From the NCBI GenBank assembly GCA_052426225.1, contig JBNJNM010000021.1:2480001-2544000 (forward strand): a DNA stretch of 64,000 bases, written 5' to 3'. This document shows, in pieces, positions 37,543 to 49,027 of the stretch. The number at the start of each line of letters is the position of its first letter. Position 1 is the first letter of the stretch. The notes under the pieces were generated by a model. It saw nothing but the letters and a program-made list of their open reading frames with translations. It made no database searches and was not told where the DNA came from. Source of the DNA: Zancudomyces culisetae HAW-14-8 (taxonomy: Eukaryota > Fungi > Kickxellomycota). The position numbers and the translations under genes were made by a program.

Positions 37543-39284
37543 CTTAACTAATGAAAACTATATATTCTCTTTTTTAGCCAAATATATTAGCAGTTTTTTT
37601 TGTATTTCCTAAAAAAACAAAAGCTAAAATGCTTCATATTATTGCAAGAATTTGGTCTTTTGCAATTTTTGGATTATCGCAAAAATAAAACGGGAAAATG
37701 GTTCGCATGTACAAACAAGCTAATCAGCACATACTATTCGAAGAAATAAAACGCTTTTTTTTTTCATTCCAGAGCTACATTTCCGCTTTATTTGCAAGGT
37801 AAATTTGCTGAGCTAGTAAAAACCTACCAAGTAAATTTAGGTTTCCTTACATTGCATAATGCAGGATTCAATAAGCCATTTTATTTTCAATTTCACACGA
37901 AGTTGGTTTCTAATCTCTGCCCAAAAAAAATCTAAAAAATTTTTTTTCTCGGTAAAAAAAACAGAGATTAGTTGCTTTTAACGCTTTACAAAGCAACCAT
38001 AACGTCATTTGATTGGCATAAAACCGAATTGCCAGAAATGAAAACACTTTGTTTTGTAACGGAGTTCATTATTCCGCTTTGCATTTCAGTTGCATTTTTT
38101 TTTGTTGTTCCGTTTTTTACAAAAACCCGATAAAAATGCTCAAATATATTGACTTGACACGCATTTTCTTACAAAGTATAGATGCGTTTTGTATTAAAAA
38201 GTACAAGAAAAAAAGCTGTATTAGTATATTGGGTTGAGATTTAGCTCAGGCAACTTAACCCGCCTGAATATGTCCACAGCTGCAAAGCGTTTTTTTTTTC
38301 TACTTGGAAGAAATAGAGAACACAAATTACTGAGCCACTTAACCAGGGAAGAATTCATCATATACATTTGCTAACAACAGGAAAGTGTATGTAAATATAC
38401 GCTTCGAATCACCCTATAATTGCAAGACCCTTATTATTATTTCTCTTGAACGAGGTGCTGGTAACCAGTCTTTTTAATAAAAAAAGTTGTAGTAAGCCAC
38501 AAAATAGAGCTTAAAACCTTGTTTGCAAACATTGGGTACGTTCTTATAATAACCATTTCAAAAGAAAATTCAAAGTGGCAAAGGTCATATCACTAACAAA
38601 CAGCGCTATTTTTTATTTAGTGCTCTCTGTTATGTAAAAAAAAAAGGGAGGGAAGGGTAGAGAGAGAAGATTCAGAAGCTGAATCAACTTGAAACAGAAA
38701 CATTGATGCTTGTCTTTGAACATTCGCATCTTGTTGGCACTAAAAAGGAGAGCCAAAACGGGGGTCGAGTAGATAACCAAGTGGATACTCAAGTAGATAT
38801 GTGATGATTATGCTTATATTGCTGCAAGATGCTCTTTTTGCACTTGATGAGTACAGTCTAGCATTCCTTCCGCTTTGTAAATGTCATAAATGACATTCTA
38901 CAAAAAATTTTCATAACATAGCTAGACTTTGATGGCAAGAAATACGCCATAATAACTAATCTAACTTCGAAGATTCCAAGTGTACATTGTAACAAAAACA
39001 AACAAAATATTAAATTAGCTTTCAATATACTTTGACTGATTTCTACTCATTCATATAAGCACAAACAAGGAAATTATGTGATATACGCGAAAAAAATATC
39101 AAGTAAAATATACGGTTTGAGGGGGGGGGGGGGTGATATTAGGATGTGATACGAAGGTTATTTTAAGCAAAGGATGTATTTTATTGAAGATACATCAGTT
39201 AATGGCCCATGTAGCATATAACGCAGTTATAAGTAAAAGTCTTTACATGAACAAACAAGGTTAAGCAGAATACAACATACAAAA

Positions 39285-42157
39285 CTAAAAGTTAAGTTCT
39301 TTGTCAATTTGCAAAAATTGCCATGTCCAATCAGAGTTATATAAGATGGGACGTAGGTCAGAACAGTTATCCCCAGAGGAGTTTAATCCAGAGTGAAAAA
39401 TGGGGGTGGAGACAGCGGATTTGTGGCGATTGATTGAGTAGTAATGGAAAAAGGTTTTAACTTTGACAGCAATATCGTATGGAGAATAATCATGGGACCA
39501 GAGATTACACAATTTTTTAAACAAAAAATAAGGACCCAGTCTGAAGAGAGTGCGAAGGCGGGTATACATAAATAAATCGTCATAAGACATGCCCATTTCT
39601 ACCTCATCGCATTGAACAAAGGGTGTGTGGGTGGGAACAAGCTCAGCAGAGGGTGTTGAGTCCAAAAACAGATTAAGTACGCTTAGCTGATAATACTTGC
39701 ATGAAAAGGCAATAAAGTTACGTAGCTCCATTTTGCTGTAAGAACCAATGGGGTTCAGATCGCCGCTGCTATTATCATACTTGGTTAAATAACCACGGAC
39801 AATCTCGTCAGAGTTTGCTGTACTAAGTGTGAGAAGCAGTTTTTTTCTTCCGCGAACCCAAAGTATCAATGACGCTACAAAATAAGAAAGTACCATTCGA
39901 ATACGTGCCTGAATGTTTTGCAAAGCAAGGTTTTCTGTAACCGAGCCGCCGTGTGCTGTGAATTTGGGCGTTTTATTCATAATCATCACAAACAGTGCCA
40001 GTACGGTTGTGATTACCTGATCAATCCCAAAGTCCATGTGGTAACTATCAATAAATGTTATGAAAAAGTATATAAGTAACTGGGTATTGGCAATACGTAT
40101 TCAACAAAAATATTTACCACCCAACTTCGGCAGCCACCATACATGCTCTATTCCTGCTCTGGGTAGTTGAATTTTCCGTACTCATATACGCTGTATGTAT
40201 TAAATAGCTATTTTTAATACATTATTATACACTTTTTAAAACAACATCATTTAAAAAACACCCTCATTTCTAGTTAAAGCGTTGACAAAGGTGATTGAAT
40301 AGGGATCAAATCAAATAAATCAAATAAATTTATGCTATAGTTACTTTGATATCTCTCTTGGGCTTTCAGGAAAATAGGCATCATTCCCTATTATCTCTCT
40401 AAGGTCTCCCAACACGGCTTCGTCTATCAGAAATATACTCATGTTGTAGTCACACTTTATTTAAATCCCTGGCACGGCATTACGAAAAAAAATCATAAGT
40501 TTGCACATCTTGTCATAGAATTACACTTACCTCCATCTTTTATCGCATTGTAAACCAATCTGCACATGGAGTACGTCATCATCAAAACAGAACAGCTATC
40601 TATTCCTCCGCTAAGTGCTATAAAATACCCTCCTTGTCTGCTGCGCCTCAAATAGTCCCACATCCAACATGCCGAGGCCAAGTTCATTTCCTCCTCCGCC
40701 GTTAAAAACACCACTTGAATAGGGTCTGTACATGGATCATACGATTGTTTTATGTTGAATTTTACCCGAACCTTTGGATATTCTAAATCACCTTGGTTTT
40801 CAGGGGGTACACTCGAAAAGTTATCTTTAATTATCGTGCGTTGTGATCTGTATGAGGTCACTTCATTCAAGTCTAGGTTTGCAACAACAACTTCATACTC
40901 ACTTAATGAAAATTGCTTTCCTATTGCCATCACCTCACCATTATACACTACCATTGGGGCACCATCAAAATAAGTATTTCCTGAGCTACACCCTCTCTGA
41001 TTCGAATATAGATATGCTCCTCCAAACTATTTTTTGTTTGGTATTCCTCTTTATTACTGCTATACATATATACTCGGTTGATAGTATATTTAAAATATAA
41101 TAATGACGACTTACGCATGTGGTAATTTGAACTATACTATTAACTCTTTTTTCGAGCTTTCCGATTTCATGATAGTTCCCACTAGCATTTACAATTATCT
41201 CTGCACCATTTATATACATCTCACTGTGTGGACTTCGAGGTGCATTCATTTCCTCTCCAATTTCAATTCCAATTGTTGTATCATTAAGCTCTAGCAATGC
41301 ATCTCCTATTACCGTTTCCTTCTGCCCTTTAACACTTTTTATAGTATCTGGTAGTGTATAATTCTCCACTTTCATGTTGTCCGCCCATGTTGAAAACCAT
41401 CTAGGATGTTCTGATCTTCCCTCTACTGAAAGCCATTTTTTTGGCCTAATCAGTAAAATCTCACCATTCATCATTACCGTTACTCCTGAATACCGATGTC
41501 CTTTAAATAAAACCGGCCTATAGTTTTTTTCAAGGGTTGTGAGTAAGAGTTTTAATACTGCATTTTTCCATTATTATCATTATTGTTTACTATTTTTCGT
41601 TATTATCATCACGAATAACAAAATAATAAATCTGTACTATTGTAAAAACATACATTCCGAGAAATATCAGAATCCCGTACAGCTCTGTATCACCTAAAAG
41701 TTTGGCTACAATCTCCCATGAGTGAGTGTATGTGTCAACTATATTTGTTTTGAAATTATTGTCAGTCTTTCAAATTAGTTAAAGTTTTTAAAATAACTCT
41801 GGTTTCGTCTGGGTACTTACTTTCATAAAAATGATCTCTACAGCCATATCCACTATTTCATTACATATTTTACAGGATTTTGGTAGGATGTTGTTTAAAA
41901 AACAGAAAAAAAGTAGATGCTCTCTCGTATCGGTGGTATCCATATTATTTCTGTAGCATGTCGACGCTTTTCAACTACAAAAATAAAAGAATCATCAATG
42001 TCAACACTTACGTTACTTCAAGCTCCGAACCAAGTCTAATTTTAGCATTTCTAGCCTTAGCATCGATTATACTCCTTCGAATCCTTTCATAATTTCCGTC
42101 GAAATCAAGGACCCATTGATTCAAGCAACAGGCTGAGACCAGGCTCCCCAATTCCAT
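39285..42157 (-). CDS. QNS1: Two-domain NAD+ synthetase (QNS1/NADSYN1 family), 8 exons, with a degenerate glutaminase active site
   Basis: [85 protein letters not shown]. All seven introns are GT-AG and phase-consistent. Confidence 0.95.
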
Positions 42158-44497
42158 GCTCAGCTATTTTCCCTCTTTTTTTTTAGTACACCTTCAAAAG
42201 TTATGAAAAACGTTATTTGAGAAAGCCTTAAAATACAGAATATTTTTTTTCCAAATGTATTTATCTACTACTTGCTAAACCTAAATAGTTCTTGTGGAAT
42301 GTGGATATAGTTTATGCTTATAAACCAAAAATAGAAAGAAAAAAAATATTTCGCTCAAGTAATGCAGCATCAGAATAACGACAATACTTGCTCGTTTTTT
42401 GACGAACTCGTGCCATAATTTCTTCTTGTTTTTTGTTTTGAATCAATTAATCGAGAATTTTAAATCCTAGCCTTGCCGAATCGGCGTAATCCCAATAACT
42501 TATTTGAGATTGGCAGGATTATAAAATCGCATTCCTATTTGCTTGTATCTAAAGCATAAAGCTTGTTTGTTGTCCAATTATATATTAATACAAAGGGCAG
42601 ACAATTAACTGTAGAAATAACAATTAAATCCCCCTTCACCTCAATTATTTCAATCTGGCTTTAGCACATAGTAGTTTTTTTTTTGTATTTAGTGTCGAGC
42701 TAGAGATCACCAAGCTAACAGAAATTCATTTACATTACTACTCGAATGTTATTTCTTTTTACTAAGTTAGCTGGTAAACACTACACAAAAAGTGTAAAAA
42801 AAGTAACAATCATATAATCAATATTTCTTTATCCCCTTCCAGATATTACATATCTATTCACTTTGATTCAGCGAGACACTTTTAACTCCAGGTTGACCCC
42901 ATATGACCATAAAGTTGAATTAAATTACCTGGTATAATTATTGAAGTGTTTTTAAATACTTGTAGCCACGGTTTGGCTAAAATGTGTCTCAAAAGAAATG
43001 CAATCCATTTCAGCACTTGGCTACGTGCCCAGATCATACTTTAGTGACGAGCGTGTGATAAGTGACCCGTTTTATACCACCTAGGCCTCTAGAGGAATTG
43101 AAACACTTGATCCACCATTCGGAACAAAGGGATGTGTGCTGGTGTTTGAAAAAGGCAAAAAACAAAGACAAGCACACCCCCCCAATTTGTGCTCGACAAC
43201 ATTTCTGATGATGGGTGTTCTTTTTCTTAGCTAATTTTTTTCCGTTACTGCGAAAAACACATCAAATGGGTAGGTTAGGAACACCAAAAGGTGACTTTGT
43301 GATTTTGACAATATGAAGATTTAATAACGTAACACCAGCTATACATTATTAAACCATTCAATTTTAATACATGTGCTAGGAATATGACTTTTCTGGCATT
43401 TACAATAACTACGACAAACAGCGTTTATTCTGCTGACCACTTGTGTGTGTTTACACAACTTTTCAAATCAATTCATACATGCTGTTTTTGTTTTGCTTTG
43501 GTTTTCCTGGTTTTGGAAAACTTGGCTGAACACTTGGTGTAAATATAGTATTTTATTAGTTAAAGTATATCCAACTCTGTTTATCTGTGCACTTAATATT
43601 GTTACATAAAACTAAAAACTTCTGCATCAATGAAAGAATTATAAATGAGAAAGTACTATTTAACTGAAAAGTTACAGAAACTGTAATTCGAGATGCTTTA
43701 TCATTAGGCATTGCATCTTTTTAAATTTGCGGACCATAACAATCAGTTATGTATCAATAATAGTTTATACAAAGGGCTAAATGTATAAATATGCATATGA
43801 GATACAATACCTTTTGTGTTCGGTGAACTAGTGTAGTTCAAAATGCTTTATCCTAAAAAGAAATAGTATGCGCACACTTTCTATTATCACTCATTCTTTT
43901 TGGACCGAACAAATATGTAGGATACCTGGATGTTACTATGATTTGATAGAGCAAACACGTGAGTGTAAGGTCTGGGGCTATTTTGCCATTTCCCCTCCCT
44001 AATAAAGGCTAAACACCGATTTTGTTTGAGCGAAGTTTGATTCTAGCCAATAAAAGCAAAGCTCTGCGAGCTTTTGCAGCTAAAAAAGTTTAGCCAATGT
44101 CTGTGGTTGTTTATTTGTTAAAAAAACTTCCTAGGTCAAATAAAATCTCTTGGAATTACCAGCTTTAAAATGCTTTTGGCCACGAAGGATGGTAAATGGG
44201 CATTAAAAAAAGCTGTACTTTGAAGAGTGTTGTTTAAACAAATAGTCGTCACACCAAAAGCCGATTCTAATACTGATATTGTCTCAATAATCTATACACA
44301 TATGTTTATTTATTGACAAAGAATACTCGAGTGTTGCAAAAAGTGTAAACGAAAAGTTCGATATTGAGAATTTCAATTTAAAACCGACCCCAACTTATCC
44401 ACCGCTAAAATTGGAAAGAGAAAACACAAAAGCATAAGGGTAAACAGTATATACAACAAAAAAAGAAGAAATAATAGAAGATATTCAATAAGAAAAA

Positions 44498-46335
44498 ATG
44501 GCAGAAACAATCCAGCAACAACTACAGCAGTTGGTTTTGCTTCCTGAGACTCAATCGACAAGCTCAAGCGCTGCAGCAGTGGAGGGTTGGCACGCAGGGG
44601 GTTTTGGAGCAAATAAGGGGCATAATGACGAAATAATGGAGCAATTGGGACCGATAATTCTATCCGTATATCGAGCAAAGAAAGAGGAACTTTTTAAAAA
44701 GCAAGTGGAGATTTTTGTGGCTAAAAAAGATGCGGAAATTATGAAGCTATGTGGTGATCATCACAAGCAATTTGCAGTGGCTTTGGAACAGCTATTAAAA
44801 ATTAAACAAAACACATCGACTTTGCGAGAAAAAATAGTGGAGTTAAATACTGATCTTCAGAATTCGGGTAAGGATCTGGTATCAACGAAGAAAGAACTGC
44901 TAGTGCTGAAAAATAAGCATCGAAATGTTGAACTAGCTTTAGCAGCAACCAAAAAATGTACCGAGGTTTTCCATATGGTGGCAAATTTTGAGCAACAGGT
45001 TCAAAATAAAACATACTACGAGGCAATTAAAACGTTGGAGGATCTGCAACAAGCTTATATTCAAAAAGTCAAAAATTACAAGATTGGAAGGGTTTTATGT
45101 AAGTTTTATGAATGTGCATGGTGCTACTATCGATACTAGTATTTGTGTTAGAGGATAATGGCCACGTGTATTGATATTGATGTGGTAGATCTAATAAGTT
45201 TGCTCAAAATACATTTAAATATAGCTGATTCATTTGGGGTAATGAGTGCTGAGCTAAAGGATGCGGCTCTGAGTGATATGCGAGAGTGGCTGTATGGGCT
45301 TAAAAAAACAATGAGGCAAATTGGTGCACAGTATGACGACCGAATGAATAGGAAACAGTTAAACTGGGTTGGCAGGATCAAAGGGGATAAAGATAAGTAT
45401 GTTAGCCCGGCAGTTCATTTTGTATTAGACGAAGAATTTGAAGGTAATATCATTGTATTTTTTTGTATTTTTTCTTTTTTGGTATTGTATTTATGTTTTT
45501 AAAAATAAATTTCAGCGAGGGGGGGAGTTAGAGTTAGAGTTGGAATTGGAGTGGGTATGGGGAGGGAGGAAGAGAGATGGGGATGAGGAAATAACTAGAA
45601 ACTTCAAGGAAAATCACGAAAAAAAATAATCATCATAGTTCTTAATAAATATTATGTGTATCAAAATATAGAACCCGAGCAATCAAAAATAGATCTTAAG
45701 CCATTATATCTGTGCCTTTATGTTCACATAAAGCTTGGATACAAGGCTGAATTTGTAAAGAGCTACTCGAAAGATCGCAAGGCACAAATTGACTTGATTA
45801 TGAATTCGACAGGAAACGTAGTTACGCAAGACTTGACTTCATTTGATAATTTGATATATGATGTTATTGGGTTTTTTATAATTGAGAACAATGTAGTAAC
45901 ATCATCACCAGATTTCAGAGCCAAAACAGATGTATGTTACTACTTACTCTATATATGTGTGTGCTATATAATGATTAACTCATCTTGAATGTGGCGTGGA
46001 TCTGATACATTAACCATACAATGTACCACATAGGTTGATTTACTTTGGGACTCTGTAGTGAACAGTTTTTCGACCATCATTGCCAAAAACATCCAGGCGA
46101 TATTATCAAACGAAAAAACTGCATCTTCAATTAAAAAAAAGCTGGAAACATTCACCTTTGTAATGGAGGTAAGGGTCATTTGACTTGTGTTTGAAATTAA
46201 ATGTGTTTGCGTTTATTATACTAGAAGTCAGCCAGAGTAACGATATATTTGTACTTAAAAATCATATAAATATAGGAATATTCATACGACGTGCAGAAAC
46301 TTCGAGAGCTTATTGTTGCCATTTTCAACACATAA
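44498..46335 (+). CDS. SEC15: Exocyst subunit Sec15/EXOC6, N-terminal half only (about 424 aa); exons 44498-45098, 45225-45443, about 45672-45931, 46034-46168, 46276-46335
   Basis: EQLGPII, KDAEIMKLCGDHHKQF, YYEAIKTLEDLQ, MREWL, IDLKPLYLCLYVH..LG, YSKDRKAQ, IGFFIIE, VDLLWD. Ends FNT-TAA. Confidence 0.85.
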
Positions 46336-47034
46336 CGTTTACTTGAGCGATAATGTTTTGCCTCATTTATTTACATTTTATTAAGTTTTCATACGTTTTT
46401 CTTTGGTAAATGTTTTTGTAGGGTGGTGCTATGCCTATTTATTTTCTAAAATATGATAAAATAATGGAATATTTTGTGATTTTATTGGGTTTCCTCCGCC
46501 TAAGTTCCAAGTTGGTCTGTTTTTTTTGTGCTCTCTAATTTTAATTAAAGATTACTCTGTTTCGAGTGTATGGTGGCAGCACCTCTATTTAAAAAACTAG
46601 GTATGGAATAAGCTAAAAGGGGCGTCACGTCTTTATACTGTTTTTGTTACTGTTGCACTCAAAAAAGCAGACTTTCAAGGCTAATGCTCAAAAGAAATGG
46701 ATATTTTATCATGGTGAAAGGAAAAAGTGCATAATAATGTAGTAAGGTTTATTTACCATTTTTTTTAATACTCTTTTTTTCTATACTTTCCTGTTGACCA
46801 ATTAACAATGCAGCCACACTAAGCTCGAATTAATATTCGCCTCTCCCAATAACCCACAATTAATTTTCGAAAACCGAAAATAAGCTTTTAGAATAAGCGA
46901 AAATTCACAGTCAACTTAAAAAAAGCCTCAGCCGTTTACTAAGATTAGCGCATTTTTATAACAATATTGAAGATACCTTGATTTCATTGAAAGAATAATA
47001 TTGAAAAAACCAAAAGAACGTTAATATAGACAGA

Positions 47035-48339
47035 ATGGCACTGAATCGCCCACTAAATGACGAAGAAGTCTACAGCGAAATGCGAAAAATGGTCGCTTTC
47101 ATTAGGCAGGAAGCGCTGGAGAAAGCCAGAGAGATTAAAGCAAAGGTGAGTACCATTACGAGTTTCATAGGGCCTGGAATTATCTTATGCATTTTTTATA
47201 TATAATAATTCATTATTAGCTTATAAGTAGAATAAAAAATTATGCCTAAATTTTGAAACTAAAATCTTGATAAAATAGGCTGACGAAGAATTTAACATTG
47301 AAAAGGTAGGGTATAAATATTGAAAAGAAGAAAGTCGGTTCAAGAAGGGGGGGGGGATCAAGTGTGTGATTTTAATCGAAAAGTTTTTTGACAAAAAAAA
47401 TTATTCATGTATTTTGTAGGCTAAAATAGTAAGACAGGAATCGGTAGCGTTAGATAGGAACTACGAGCGAAAAATGAAGCTGGTGGAGACACAGAAGCGC
47501 ATAACCATGTCCAATATGATTAACAAGAGCCGGATTCAAGTGTTACTGAAGCGTCAGCAACTCCTCGATGATTTACTGAGTGATTTTGAAAAGAAATTCG
47601 TGGAATTGAGGGCAGACTCCGAGCAATACGAAAAGCTGATGGTGACTTTGCTTTATCAGGTAGGTTTTTACTTGTGTGTTTTTTATTATTAAATTGTCTG
47701 GGCTAGAGGGGAGGTGGTGGCAATTTTATCTTATTTAATTACTTTTCAAGAAAGAAAAAAGCGTTTGGATTGGTGTAGTGGAGCTGTAGAATGCTAGTGG
47801 GTGTGCGGAGAGTTTAGGTTAATATGTATGTAGTTTATGTGGTTCAAAAGAATACACAGTTTTGATTTAGTTATGCATAAAACCATGTCTATTTAAAACA
47901 AAATAGTGCTTCCAGAAGATGTACGAGAAAAATGTGATTATTTATATTGTTGAAGACGATAAAACGATAATTGAGAAGGTCATAAAAGATGCGGTAGAGA
48001 AGTTCAAGAACGATACCGGAGTAGAGGTGAATGCCAAAGTGGATGACAAAAAGTATCTCTTAAAGAACAGGTACGTATTATGACAGTATACGTTTTTATT
48101 TATTTTGAGTTATGTATATGTATGTGTGTATATTGATGGGAGTATATGGCATACTAACTTATGGAATGGCGGAATGGATAATATATAGATATGGTGGAGT
48201 CTTGGTATCAACGCCGGATGATCGTATCAAAGTAGATAATACATTATCCGAGCGCTTACATATAAGCTTTAAGGAGACATTGCCGCAGATAAGGGTTACA
48301 TTGTTTGGGCACTCACCCAACCGTAAATTTTTCAGTTAG
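47035..48339 (+). CDS. VMA4: V-type ATPase subunit E (5 exons)
   Basis: KMVAFIRQEALEKAREIKAK|ADEEFNIEK|AKIVRQE...GGV...IKVDNTLSERL...LPQIRVTLFGHSPNRKF. Confidence 0.97.
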
Positions 48340-49027
48340 TTACATTTGTCTTTAATTGCTTGGTCTGGATTAAATAAAAAAGTAGTTTTTGATTAAACTA
48401 AGGCAGTTGGTGTGGTTAGGCGGGGGTGAAGTGAGGTGGGAAAAAGAATATAAATGTGTATCATGATGCTATTGGAATGCGTGGATTGAAGAGGGTGGTT
48501 TGGGTTGTGTTGAAGGGGTAGGGGGGTGGGGTGGATTTATTTGAGTGGTTTGGTAAAAGAGAATGGTATAATCTAGACTACTTTGGTGTTTGTGGTTTAT
48601 TCGAGCCTTTTCAAGGTTAAAACATTAAAGAATGGCAAGAGAAAAGTCAAGTGAACAAAAAAAAAAGAATACAAGGAGTGAGTGAGTATTTGATGGTGGG
48701 CGATTGGAAATGTGTTGGCACAAGTAAATGCCAATGAAAGGAACACAAAAATTCCAAAAATCTCAAAAATTATATATAAAAAAAAGTAGCAAATAGTAGG
48801 CCAGAAACAGAGGAGAGAAGGGAGGGATTGAAAAAATGATGTTTACCTTTTAGAAAATGAACAAATGGATCTTGGGGTATTTGTAGCTTGGTTTGAAAAA
48901 CAGTTTTCAACATTAAAGCTATAAAAAAAAACGGTTGATAGTACTATATAAACTTTAAAAGGAGGAGAAGATTTCGAAAGAATAAAAGTACAAACAAGGA
49001 TTAAAGATTAATACAAAACAAACAAAG

